Source: Gemmatimonadota bacterium
Lineage (GTDB): Bacteria; Gemmatimonadota; Gemmatimonadetes; Longimicrobiales; RSA9
Assembly (NCBI GenBank): GCA_040905425.1
Contig: JBBDRO010000043.1
Coordinates: forward strand, 17,417 to 41,180
DNA: 23,764 nucleotides
Direction of reading: 5' to 3'
Within the stretch, counting starts at the first letter, position 1. Each line of letters begins with the position of its first letter. Positions 8,738 to 17,395 of this stretch are shown piece after piece. The translations under genes and the position numbers were made by a program. The notes below the pieces were generated by a model. The model did not search any database, was not told where the DNA came from, and saw only the letters and a program-made list of their open reading frames with translations.

Positions 8738-8803
8738 ATTGGACGCGCCCCGGGGGCATTCGGTTGGCCCTCTGGATTGGACGCCGCCCGCACTCCATAT
8801 GTC
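8738..8803 (-). promoter_or_regulatory. Two tandem ECF-sigma-like promoter motifs upstream of gspG
   Basis: The minus strand reads GAC-N17-CGTCCAAT (8803-8776) and AAC-N17-CGTCCAAT (8765-8738). The identical 9-mer GCGTCCAAT recurs 38 bp apart. Confidence 0.5.
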
Positions 8804-8882
8804 AGGTGGGCCGAGCGACCGCCCTACCCTCCACTACCACGTGGAAGGGTGAAAGGTGCCAGCCCGGGCCCTGTTCCCGGGC

Positions 8883-10589
8883 TCACCTGGCGTTGCCGAG
8901 CGCGCGGGCCAGTCGGCGACGGGTGTGGCTGTCCGCCGTCTCGAGTGCTTCGGAAAGCGCCGCCAGGGCCTCGGGACTGCCGAGCCGGGCCAGTGCCTCG
9001 AGCGCCGCGTAGCGCACCCCGCGATCCTGATCGGAGGCCAGTTCCTGGAGTGCCTCGAAAGCCGCCGGATTGCGGGTGTCACCGAGGGCGTCCGCCACCC
9101 GCTCGCGGACGTTGTCACGGTGCGCGTCATCAAGCAACGTTACGAGGCTGCCCACGGCCTCGTCGGAGCCGATCTCGCCGAGCGCCCAGATGGCCGTATA
9201 ACGTACGCTGCGGCTCGGGTCGCCGGCCGCGCGGGCGGCCAGGTCGGCCACGGCGGCCTCGGCACCCATGCTCCCTACCGCGCGTGCGGCGTCCTCGCGC
9301 ACGTCCCGGTGCTCATCCGCCAGGGCGAGCAGGAGCGCGGGCAGGGCACGCTCGGGGTCGGCCCCGGCGAGCGAGCGCGCGGCGGCGCCACGCACGTGCG
9401 GGTCGGCATCACGCACCAGGGCGAGCAGGACGCTCACCCGGGCCTGGCTGTGGATGGCGGCTCCCCCTTCCGTGTCGGCCGCTTCGAGCAGCGTGGCTTG
9501 CGCGGCGGCGTCGGTGCCGGTGGGCGGCCCCGAGCTACCGGCGGCCGACGCCACGAGCAGCACCAGCACGAGCGCCGCGCTGGCCACCACGGCGCCGCCC
9601 AGCGGCCCCGCGGGCATACCGCGCCGATGCGGCGCCAGTAGCGCCCGGATGCGGCCCTCCAGCTCGGAGGGTCGGGCCATGGACAGCGCCAGGCCGCGGT
9701 GCATGGCGGGGCGGGCGGCCAGCGCCGTCTCCAGCAGGTGGCGGGCGTAGCTGGAGGGCAGCGCGCCGCTGGCCACCACCACGTCGTCGCAGGCGCGTTC
9801 GGCCTCCAGGCGGGCCTGGCGGGCGGCAACCCATACCAGCGGGTTGAACCAGTGGAGCGTGCACGCGGCGGCCGCCACCAGCTGTGTGCCCAGATCGTGC
9901 CGGGCCACATGGGCAAATTCGTGCTGCAGCGCGGCCGCCAGTCGTTCCGCGGGCCACTCACGCGCCTCGGCCGGCAGCAGCACCACGGTGCGGGCGGGGC
10001 CCAGCGTGATGGGAATGTCCACTTCCGCACTCACGCGCACGGCGGGCGTCCGGATACCCATGCGGCGGGCCGCCGCGTCCGCCAGGGCGCTCCACGCCGC
10101 GGGCGCCTCCACCGAGCCGAGCCGGAGGCGGCGCAGGCGCAGGGCGGCGTACGCAAAGAACGTCCCGAGGGCGCCGGCTCCCGCGGCCCAGAGCAGGAGC
10201 AGGGCGGTCGGCCACGTCAGCGGCGACCCCGCGGGCGGCGGCGCCGTGCCCACCTGCTTCGCGATCGCACGCGGGCCAGCCTCGGCGGCCGGCGTGGCCG
10301 GCCCCACGGCTGGAGGCGCTGCCGCGGCCTCGGCGGTCGCGCTGCGGGCATCCATCGCGGCCCAGCTTCCGGGCAGGACGTCCCACTGGAAGGGGGAGAG
10401 CGCGGACGCGAGCGGCAGCACCAGCACCCCCGCCAGCGCCACGGTCCAGGCCAGGTGCCGCAACGCCGCGGACGCGCGCCGCAGGAGGAGGGCGGCGCCA
10501 CCGGCCAGGACGAGCAATGCGGCAGCGCGCACCGTGGTCTCCAGCAGGCCGGCCAGCACCGGTGGCCATTCGAGCAACGTGACGGACAT
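8883..10589 (-). CDS. BlaR1/MecR1-like M56 family membrane metallopeptidase with a C-terminal HEAT-repeat domain
   Basis: LLLRRASAALRHLAW, HEFAHVARHD (HExxH), LHWFNPLVW, EAERACDD, SYARHLL, ELEGRIRALL; a final TM helix, then about six HEAT-like units (e.g. LALADEHRDVREDAARAVG, LASDQDRGVRYAALEALA). Confidence 0.9.
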   Translation of the reverse strand: MSVTLLEWPPVLAGLLETTVRAAALLVLAGGAALLLRRASAALRHLAWTVALAGVLVLPLASALSPFQWDVLPGSWAAMDARSATAEAAAAPPAVGPATPAAEAGPRAIAKQVGTAPPPAGSPLTWPTALLLLWAAGAGALGTFFAYAALRLRRLRLGSVEAPAAWSALADAAARRMGIRTPAVRVSAEVDIPITLGPARTVVLLPAEAREWPAERLAAALQHEFAHVARHDLGTQLVAAAACTLHWFNPLVWVAARQARLEAERACDDVVVASGALPSSYARHLLETALAARPAMHRGLALSMARPSELEGRIRALLAPHRRGMPAGPLGGAVVASAALVLVLLVASAAGSSGPPTGTDAAAQATLLEAADTEGGAAIHSQARVSVLLALVRDADPHVRGAAARSLAGADPERALPALLLALADEHRDVREDAARAVGSMGAEAAVADLAARAAGDPSRSVRYTAIWALGEIGSDEAVGSLVTLLDDAHRDNVRERVADALGDTRNPAAFEALQELASDQDRGVRYAALEALARLGSPEALAALSEALETADSHTRRRLARALGNAR

Positions 10590-10591
10590 GG

Positions 10592-10981
10592 CTACCTCCC
10601 TTCCCCGCGTGCGCTTTCAATCTGCTCCAGCAGGTCGGCCACGGAACGCTCAGGCAGGTCCCCGTCGGACATGCGCAGCAGAGCGGCCGCGGCGGCCGAG
10701 GGAGATCCCGCGAAGAACGTGCTCACCAGGTGATCCAGCGCGCTGCGGCGCGCCTTTTCCGCAGGCACGCGCGGCGCGTAGACGTAGCGCGGGCCGTCGG
10801 CCCGATGGACCACCAGCGCCTTCTCGCGCAGTGTGCGCAGCGCTGCCCGTACCGCCGAGTAGCTGGCCCCGTCAGGCAGTTCCTCGACAACGGTGGCCAC
10901 GGTGGCACGCTGCAACCGGTACAGGGCGTCCAGAACCTGGCGCTCGCGACGGCTCAGGCTCGGGGCGGCGGAAGAGGACAT
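10592..10981 (-). CDS. BlaI/MecI/CopY family transcriptional repressor
   Basis: LSRRERQVLDALY, SYSAVRAALRTLREKALV, GPRYVYAP, LVSTFFAGS; GGAG RBS; directly upstream of the M56 gene. Confidence 0.92.
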   Translation of the reverse strand: MSSSAAPSLSRRERQVLDALYRLQRATVATVVEELPDGASYSAVRAALRTLREKALVVHRADGPRYVYAPRVPAEKARRSALDHLVSTFFAGSPSAAAAALLRMSDGDLPERSVADLLEQIESARGEGR

Positions 10982-11004
10982 GGTCGCTCCAGGGGCGGAT
11001 GTGG

Positions 11005-11048
11005 TGGTGAATTTTCAGCACGATGGTGAAATTTCACCACTGTGTCAA
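11005..11048 (-). promoter_or_regulatory. Sigma70-type promoter of the blaI-like gene with two tandem palindromic operators
   Basis: TTGACA (11048-11043), 17-bp spacer, CATCGT (11025-11020). Perfect palindrome TGGTGAAATTTCACCA at 11024-11039; two-mismatch copy TGGTGAATTTTCAGCA at 11005-11020. Confidence 0.8.
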
Positions 11049-11941
11049 GCCGGGCGCGCCGCGAGTTGCGCCCGGATCACGCCCAGGGCCTCCTCCCGCT
11101 CCTGCCCCTCGAGCGGGAGGCGCGGCGGCCGCACCCGCTCGCTACCCATGCCCACCTCTGCCTGCGCCAGCTTGATGAGTTGCACGAACTTCGGCACCGT
11201 GTCCATGCGGAGCATGGGCAGGAACCAGGAGTAGAGTGCCCGCGCCTCGCGCATGCGTCCTTCCCGCGCCAGCGTGAAGAGGCGCACGGATTCCTCGGGC
11301 AGTGCGTTGATGAGCCCCGCGATCCAGCCATCACAGCCTATGGCGCCAGCTTCCAACGCCATGTCATCCAGACCTGCGAAGCGCCCCAGCCGGTCACCCA
11401 TGACCTCCTCCAGCGCGCTCAGGCGGCGCACGTCCCCGCTGGATTCCTTGACCGCGTGCACATTGGCGTGCCGTTCCGCCAGCGCGGCCACGTCGTGCGC
11501 GGAGAGGTCGGTGCCGTAGGCCACGGGATTGTTGTAGATCATGCAGGAGAGGCCTGTGGCGTCCAGGACCGCGTCGAAATGCGCGGCGGTCTCACGCGGA
11601 TCGGTGCGGTACACGTAAGGCGGCAGCACCATCAGGCCGTCGCAGCCCACCTCCTCGGCGGTCCGGGCCAGCGCCACGCACTCGGCGGTGGACAACCCGC
11701 TGATGCCGGCCACCAGCGGGGCGCCGCCCGTGGCGCTACGGCACACCTCCAGGATGCGCCGCTTCTCCGGCGCGGTGAGCGTGGCGCCCTCGCCCAGCGA
11801 GCCGAGCGCCACGATACCGCGCGTGCCCCGCTCCAGGAGCCAGGCCACGTGCGCGGCCAGGAACGCTTCGTCCACGCCGCCGTCCTCCTGAAAGGGCGTG
11901 GTGATGGCCGCGAATACGCCGGCCCAGTCGCTACGCTGCAT
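11045..11941 (-). CDS. lhpC: DapA/DHDPS-family protein, likely 1-pyrroline-4-hydroxy-2-carboxylate deaminase
   Basis: ATG at 11941 coupled to the upstream TGA. WAGVFAAITTPF, GSLGEG, MVLPPYVY, YNNPVAYG, VKESSGD (Schiff-base Lys). Last gene of the Hyp operon. Confidence 0.78.
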   Translation of the reverse strand: MQRSDWAGVFAAITTPFQEDGGVDEAFLAAHVAWLLERGTRGIVALGSLGEGATLTAPEKRRILEVCRSATGGAPLVAGISGLSTAECVALARTAEEVGCDGLMVLPPYVYRTDPRETAAHFDAVLDATGLSCMIYNNPVAYGTDLSAHDVAALAERHANVHAVKESSGDVRRLSALEEVMGDRLGRFAGLDDMALEAGAIGCDGWIAGLINALPEESVRLFTLAREGRMREARALYSWFLPMLRMDTVPKFVQLIKLAQAEVGMGSERVRPPRLPLEGQEREEALGVIRAQLAARPA

Positions 11942-13212
11942 CAGCTGTCTCTCCGTGGTTGAGCGGTCATTGCGAGCAGTGTGCCCGCGCGCGCCGGCAG
12001 GACCGGCGGGCGTACGGCGGGTGGTTCCCAGCCGAGCAGGAACTCCAGTGCGGAGCCGCACACCCGCCCCTGGCAGGCGCCCATGCCCAGCCGCGTGTGG
12101 AGCCGGGCCTCCCGGAAGGAGCCGGCCGCCCGCGCGGCGCCGAGCGGAACGTCCTCGCAGCGGCACGCCAGCACGTCATCCTCCGCGACCGACCGCAGCT
12201 CGGGCCGGAGCGCGAAGGCCGCCTCCATGCGGCGGGCCAGTCCCCGGTGGCGCTGGCGGGCCGCGGCGAGCCGGGCGGGCGGTGGCCGGTCCGCGGCTGC
12301 CAGGCCCGCCATCTCCCCCTCCACCAGCGCGGCCTCCACCCCGGCCACACCCACGCTCTCACCGGCGCACCAGATCCCCGGCACGCTGGTGCGCAGCGCC
12401 CCGTCCACGACCACCGCACCATCCCGGGTGGCGCAGCCGAGCACGGCCGCCAGCTCAGTGGCCGGGATGAGCCCCCACGCCGCGCACAGCCAGTCGCACG
12501 GCTCGCTCCAGTCGCGCCGGCCGTCGGTGAGGCGCACACCGATGACCCTGTCCTGCCCCTCCGCCGCAGCCACCCACGTTCCCGTGCGGAAGCGCGTGCC
12601 GGCGAGCGTGGCGCGGTAGCGGATCGCCTGCAGGGCGCGGGCGGGCGTGCGCCACAGCCCCGCGGCGAAGCGCGCCACCGCGCGGGCGGGCGCCTGTTCC
12701 GCCACTGTGCTCACACGCGCGCCGGCGGTGCGCAGCGCCGCCGCCACCGCAAGCGGCAGTGGTCCGGTGCCGGCCACCACGATCCGTGCGCCGCGCACGT
12801 CCAGGCCGCCCTTCACCAGCGCCTGGGCGCCACCCACGCCGACCACGCCGGGCAGCGTCCAGCCGCGGAAGGGCAGGAAGCGCTCGCGTGCCCCGGTGGC
12901 CAGCACCAGCGCCGCCGCCCGGATCTCCAGCGGCTGTCCCTGCCGCTCCGCCAGCAGCCGGCCCGGCGCGCCGTCCACCACGGTGGTGCCGCCCGTGAAG
13001 GTGGCGCCGGAGCGGTCCACACGGTCCAACCAGCGGCGCGCCGGCCGGGGCAAGCCCGACCGGACGGCGTGGCGCCAGATCTGCCCGCCCGGGCGCACCC
13101 CCTCGTCCAGCAGCAGCACGCGGCGGCCGGCCTCGGCCGCCGCGCACGCCGCCGCCACCCCGGCGGGGCCCGCACCCACCACGACCACGTCGGCGCTGTG
13201 CCGCTCAAGCAC
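11941..13212 (-). CDS. FAD/NAD(P)-binding oxidoreductase, probable D-hydroxyproline dehydrogenase alpha subunit (HcnB/OoxA-like)
   Basis: VVVVGAGPAG, PGGQIWR, LATGARERFLPFRGWTLPGV, C-terminal CRCEDV...RLGMGACQGRVC; GTG start with GGAGG upstream. Confidence 0.8.
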   Translation of the reverse strand: MLERHSADVVVVGAGPAGVAAACAAAEAGRRVLLLDEGVRPGGQIWRHAVRSGLPRPARRWLDRVDRSGATFTGGTTVVDGAPGRLLAERQGQPLEIRAAALVLATGARERFLPFRGWTLPGVVGVGGAQALVKGGLDVRGARIVVAGTGPLPLAVAAALRTAGARVSTVAEQAPARAVARFAAGLWRTPARALQAIRYRATLAGTRFRTGTWVAAAEGQDRVIGVRLTDGRRDWSEPCDWLCAAWGLIPATELAAVLGCATRDGAVVVDGALRTSVPGIWCAGESVGVAGVEAALVEGEMAGLAAADRPPPARLAAARQRHRGLARRMEAAFALRPELRSVAEDDVLACRCEDVPLGAARAAGSFREARLHTRLGMGACQGRVCGSALEFLLGWEPPAVRPPVLPARAGTLLAMTAQPRRDS

Positions 13213-13462
13213 CGGTACGCACCTCCATGCCGTCCCGCACCACCTCCATGCACGCGCGCCGGTGCGGCACGCCGTCGATCCGGACGCGGCACTCGAAACA
13301 GCTGCCCATGCCGCACAGCGGCGCCCGTAGCGTCCCGGATACGGCGCGCCGGAAGCCGCTCACCCCGGCGTTCAGGAGCGCGGCGGCCACCGTGGCGCCA
13401 GCCGGTACGGCGTGCGGCACGCCGTCCACTTCGATGCGCACCCCGGGCTCCAGGGTGGTCAC
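13205..13462 (-). CDS. Small 2Fe-2S protein, probable D-hydroxyproline dehydrogenase gamma subunit (HcnA-like)
   Basis: GTG at 13462 via GTGA overlap; TVAAALL, PLCGMGSCFECRV...RAC...GMEV. Confidence 0.85.
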   Translation of the reverse strand: MTTLEPGVRIEVDGVPHAVPAGATVAAALLNAGVSGFRRAVSGTLRAPLCGMGSCFECRVRIDGVPHRRACMEVVRDGMEVRTGA

Positions 13463-14580
13463 CCGCTCACCACCGGCTCGCGCAGGGGATCGTAGGGCGC
13501 CGGGTCCAGGAACGGCGCGGCCCCGGTGACCAGCTCGGCCAGCAGGCGGCCCGTGGCCAGCGCGGTGGTGATGCCCAGCCCCTCGTGCCCCACGGCCACC
13601 CAGGTATCCGGCACGCGCGGCCAGCGGCCGATGAGCGGCAGGCCGTCCGGCGTGGCAGGCCGGAAACCCGTCCACGTGCGAATCATCTGCAGCGCGGCCA
13701 GCCGCGGCAGATAGGCGCACGCGCGGGCCAGCATGCGGGCCACCATGCCGCGGTTCACGCCGGCCTCCCAGCCCACCAGCTCACGCGAGGAGCCGATCAG
13801 CAGCTGGCCCGTGGCCCGCGGCTGGACGTTGAAGGCCACGGAAGCCGTGCGCACGTCGTGCGCGCTCCGCAGGTAGCCCAGCTCCACGAGCTGATGCCGG
13901 CAGAAGTCCGGGTAGCGTTCGCTCACCAGGAGGTGGCCCCGACGCGGCATCACCGGCAGCCCGGGCGCCAGTTGGGCGGCCGCCGCCCCGGTGGCAAGCA
14001 CCACGCTCCCCGCCGACCGCCGCGAGCCGTCCTCGAGCACCACGCCGCCCCCCTCCAGCGCGCTCACCCTGCTGCCCTCCCGGACGCGGAGGCCGGGCGC
14101 GGCGGCCAGCCAGCGCGCCAGCGCCGGTGGATAGAGCACCGCATCCTCCGGCACGCGGGCCGCGCCGGCCAGCCCCGGCCTCAGCTCCGGCTCGGCCTCC
14201 GCGAGCGCCGCGCCGTCCAGCAGCTCGGCGGCTACCCCGGCCGCGCGGTAGGCGTCCACTTTGGCACGGGCGCCCTCTATTTCCACCGCGTCCGCGGCGA
14301 TCCACAGGGTGCCGGTGCGCACCAGCTCCACGTCCGCGGGGAGCTCGTCCATAAGCTCCGCCAGCAGCCCGGACGATGCCCGGGTGAGGGCCAGCTGCGC
14401 CGGCGAATCGTCCATGACCACGATATGGCCCATGCCCGCGCCCGTGGCGCCACCGCCCAGGAAGCCGGCCTCCAGCAGCTCCACCCGCAGACCGGCCTGC
14501 GCCAGCGCGCGGGCGCAGGCGGCGCCCACCACGCCGGCGCCCACCACGAGGGCGTCGGGCGTCACGGCCGCGGCCGTCAT
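13459..14580 (-). CDS. lhpB: DAO-family FAD-dependent oxidoreductase, probable D-hydroxyproline dehydrogenase beta subunit
   Basis: ATG at 14580 via ATGA overlap. [79 protein letters not shown]. Confidence 0.8.
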   Translation of the reverse strand: MTAAAVTPDALVVGAGVVGAACARALAQAGLRVELLEAGFLGGGATGAGMGHIVVMDDSPAQLALTRASSGLLAELMDELPADVELVRTGTLWIAADAVEIEGARAKVDAYRAAGVAAELLDGAALAEAEPELRPGLAGAARVPEDAVLYPPALARWLAAAPGLRVREGSRVSALEGGGVVLEDGSRRSAGSVVLATGAAAAQLAPGLPVMPRRGHLLVSERYPDFCRHQLVELGYLRSAHDVRTASVAFNVQPRATGQLLIGSSRELVGWEAGVNRGMVARMLARACAYLPRLAALQMIRTWTGFRPATPDGLPLIGRWPRVPDTWVAVGHEGLGITTALATGRLLAELVTGAAPFLDPAPYDPLREPVVSG

Positions 14581-15551
14581 GCGCCGCCGAACCCGCCCCG
14601 GAACGGATCGGCCGGATCGAAGCGGAGGGTGGCCTCCCCGGTGATGAACGCCCTGCCCCGCACGTGCGGCAGCAGCCCGTCGGGCGTGGCTTCGAGCCAC
14701 GCCTCGAAACGCCCGCCGGTGACGCTTTCCTGGCGCCACAGCGTGCCGGGCTCCAGGCGGCCGCGTGCGTGCAGCACCGCCAGCAGCGCGGAGGTCCCGG
14801 TCCCGCAGGGCGAGCGGTCCCAGGCCCCCCCGGGGCAGAGCACGAAGCCGCGCGCGTCGGCGGTCGGGGACGCGCACGACAGCTCCACGTGATCGATCGG
14901 CGCACCGTCCGCGCCGGTGATCCCGGCGGCGGCCAGCGCCGCCATGATACGCCCGGCCAGCATGCTCAGCCTGCCCACGCGCGCCACCTCGAGCGCTTCG
15001 CCCGGCAGCTCCGTCAGAAAGAACCAGTTGCCGCCCCAGGCCACGTCCCCCGTCACCCGCCCGAGGCCCTCCACTGCCACGCTCACATCGGCCGCGTGGA
15101 GGTGCGCCGGCACGTTGCGGATGGTCACGGCGCCCCCATCCTCGAGCGTGGCCGACACGGGGCCTGCCGGGGTATCGAACCGGGCCTCCCCCGCGCTCAG
15201 CCGCCCCACGTGCGCGAGCGTGCGCGCCACGCCCATCAGGCCGTGCCCGCACATGTCCAGGTAGCCGCCGTTGTTGAAGAAGATGACGCCCGCCACGGCC
15301 CCGGCGGAGACCGGCTCGGTCAGCAGCGCACCGACCATGGCCTCGTGCCCGCGGGGCTCCAGGACCACCGCCCGGCGCAGGTGATCGAACCGCGCGCCCA
15401 GGTCACTCCGCCGCTCCGCCATGGAGGCGCCGGTCGGCGCCGGCCAACCGTCGAGCACCACGCGCGTGGGCTCCCCCTCCGTGTGGGAGTCCACCACCCG
15501 CAGTCCATCGGGCCAGCGGGGCCCCTGGCCAGCCGCGCGGTTCGGGCTCAG
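14577..15551 (-). CDS. lhpA: Proline racemase family protein, 4-hydroxyproline 2-epimerase (start uncertain: CTG 15551 or GTG 15497)
   Basis: VDSHTEGEPTR, LEPRG, FFNNGGYLDMCGHG and DRSPCGTGTSA (both catalytic Cys present); GDVAWGGNWFFL and FVLCPG as in 4-Hyp epimerases. Confidence 0.85.
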   Translation of the reverse strand: MSPNRAAGQGPRWPDGLRVVDSHTEGEPTRVVLDGWPAPTGASMAERRSDLGARFDHLRRAVVLEPRGHEAMVGALLTEPVSAGAVAGVIFFNNGGYLDMCGHGLMGVARTLAHVGRLSAGEARFDTPAGPVSATLEDGGAVTIRNVPAHLHAADVSVAVEGLGRVTGDVAWGGNWFFLTELPGEALEVARVGRLSMLAGRIMAALAAAGITGADGAPIDHVELSCASPTADARGFVLCPGGAWDRSPCGTGTSALLAVLHARGRLEPGTLWRQESVTGGRFEAWLEATPDGLLPHVRGRAFITGEATLRFDPADPFRGGFGGA

Positions 15552-16990
15552 GGATTCACCTGTACCGTGCGGATCTCCGTGTAGAAATCGCGCGCCGCAC
15601 GGCCCTGCTCGCGGGTTCCGGAACTGGATGCCTTGAGGCCACCGAAGGGCGCGTGCGGATCCACGCCCGTGGTGTCCCCGTTGACCCGTACCAGCCCCAC
15701 CTCGATACGCTGGATGTAGTGTAGCGCCGCGCCGAGATCCCGCGTGAAGAGGGAGGCGGAGAGGCCGTAGCGGGTGTGGTTGGCCAGGTCGATGGCATGG
15801 TCGACGTCGCTTGCCGTATGCGTGACCAGCACCGGCCCGAACAGCTCCTCCTGGGCCAGCGAACCGGCCGGATCCGCGTCCCGGATCACCGTGGGCTCCA
15901 CGTAGAAGCCGCGGGCAAAGCGCTCGTCCCCGGGCGCGCCGCCGCCGCACACCGTGCGCCCGTCCGTGCCCTGCAGGGCAGCCAGCACGCGGTCGCGGGC
16001 GCCGCCGGTGATGAGCGGCCCGACCGCCGTGTCGTCCTGGCCCACATCCCCCAGGGGCAGCCGCGCCACCTGCGCCGTGAGCCGCTCCAGGAACGCATCC
16101 TCGACCTCCCTGGCCACGACGGCGCGGCTGGTAGCGGTGCACTTCTGGCCCGCGAAGCGCATGGCGCCCGCTGCGGTCAGCGCCGCGGCGCGGTCCAGAT
16201 CGGCATCGGGCAGCACGATGACCACATTCTTGCCGCCCATCTCGGTCTGATAGCGGATGTTGCGCTCCGCGGCCACGGCCGCCACGCGGGCGCCCACGGC
16301 CACCGAGCCCGTGAAGCTGACCGCGCGCACCTCCTCGGCGCCGAGAAGGCCGGCCCCGACCGTGGGTCCGGCACCATGGAGCACGTTGAACACACCGTCT
16401 GGAATGCCTGCCTCGGCGGCGCTCTCGGCCAGTAGATGTGCCATGTGAGAGGACTGCTCCGCCGGCTTCAGCACCACCGTGTTGCCGAAGGCCAGCGCCG
16501 GCGCGGCCTTCCACAGCGGAATGGCCGCGGGGAAGTTCCAGGGCGTGATGAGCGCCACCACGCCGAGGGGGCCGTGCAGGGTGAACTGGAGCGTGTCCGC
16601 ACTGGCGGCCGGCACCACCTCGCCGATGGCACGGACCGCCTCGCCGGCGTAGTAGCGGAGGATGACCACGCAGCGGCCCATCTCGCCGCGCGCCTCGCCG
16701 ATGGGCTTGCCCACCTCACGAGCCAGGGCGCGGGCCAGCTCCTCCCGCCGCGCGTCGATGACGGCCGCCCAGCGGTGCAGGTGCTCGCCGCGGGCGGGGC
16801 CCGACGTGGCGCGCCATCCCTCGAGGGCGGCATGGGCCGCGGCGGCGGCGGCGCGCGCGTCGGCCGCGGTACCCACGGGCACACGCGCCACGACGTCGTC
16901 ACTGTCGGAGGGATTCAGGCTGTCGATGAGTTCGTCGGCCTGACTGGGCTGGAAGGCGCCCGCGAGGTAGTTGCGTAGGATCGTGGCCAT
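15548..16990 (-). CDS. Aldehyde dehydrogenase, probable alpha-ketoglutarate semialdehyde dehydrogenase
   Basis: ATG at 16990 with GGAG RBS; ITPWNFP, FTGS, EMGGKN, GQKCTA (catalytic Cys), EELFGP, PFGG. Substrate inferred from the operon context. Confidence 0.85.
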   Translation of the reverse strand: MATILRNYLAGAFQPSQADELIDSLNPSDSDDVVARVPVGTAADARAAAAAAHAALEGWRATSGPARGEHLHRWAAVIDARREELARALAREVGKPIGEARGEMGRCVVILRYYAGEAVRAIGEVVPAASADTLQFTLHGPLGVVALITPWNFPAAIPLWKAAPALAFGNTVVLKPAEQSSHMAHLLAESAAEAGIPDGVFNVLHGAGPTVGAGLLGAEEVRAVSFTGSVAVGARVAAVAAERNIRYQTEMGGKNVVIVLPDADLDRAAALTAAGAMRFAGQKCTATSRAVVAREVEDAFLERLTAQVARLPLGDVGQDDTAVGPLITGGARDRVLAALQGTDGRTVCGGGAPGDERFARGFYVEPTVIRDADPAGSLAQEELFGPVLVTHTASDVDHAIDLANHTRYGLSASLFTRDLGAALHYIQRIEVGLVRVNGDTTGVDPHAPFGGLKASSSGTREQGRAARDFYTEIRTVQVNP

Positions 16991-17010
16991 GGCTCCGGTC
17001 GGCTGCGGGA

Positions 17011-17048
17011 TAGAGTGTATACAATACCCGTTGGCGGGCCGCCGGCAA
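17011..17048 (-). promoter_or_regulatory. Probable promoter of the Hyp operon with an overlapping GntR-type palindrome
   Basis: Minus strand TTGCCG (17048-17043), N16, TATTGT (17026-17021). Palindrome TGTATACA at 17016-17023 in a conspicuous AT-rich patch. Confidence 0.55.
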
Positions 17049-17358
17049 GCACGGCGCGGGAGAGGTCGACCCGGGATTGGCGGCCAGCACCCCGGCGGGC
17101 TACAATGGGCGGGTCGCCCGCCGACGGTCAACCAGCCCGCGCATCATCGTCAGGGAGGTCCCATGCCGCATCCCACGCCGCCGCAGCTTCGCGCAGGATG
17201 AGGTGCGTACGTACCCCCAGGTGGCCCTACCAGGCGGCGCCCGATGGCCCGGCCCGGTGCGGGGGACCGCCGCCTGCCCGCCCGTCGGGGTGGTCCTCCC
17301 GAGCGGACGCCAACGGCCGTAGCGACCGGCTGCCGCCGCGCCCGCAGGGCGGTTTCGC

Positions 17359-17395
17359 GCCGGGCCCCGCGGGCACGCCCGCGCCGTGGCCCGGC
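17359..17395. terminator. Strong GC hairpin downstream of selC, possible U-less terminator or processing element
   Basis: gccgggcc-c-cgcgggc-ac-gcccgcg-ccgt-ggcccggc forms two stacked stems. No U-tract on either strand. Confidence 0.3.

Noticed and set aside
8883..10981. Beta-lactam resistance locus
   Set aside because: The sensor lacks a penicillin-binding domain, and there is no beta-lactamase or PBP gene in the window.
11045..11941. Lysine-biosynthetic dapA
   Set aside because: It has GSLGE rather than the GTTGE motif of true DHDPS and lies in a catabolic operon.
11941..14580. Hydrogen cyanide synthase hcnABC or opine oxidase
   Set aside because: The folds are homologous, but the flanking Hyp epimerase, DapA-like deaminase and aldehyde dehydrogenase point to D-hydroxyproline dehydrogenase.
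11959..14892. Very long plus-strand ORFs (977 aa here; also 269-2155, 1612-3168, 7856-9847)
   Set aside because: They are shadow frames antisense to well-supported genes in GC-rich DNA, rich in Arg/Pro/Ala/Gly and without recognisable motifs.
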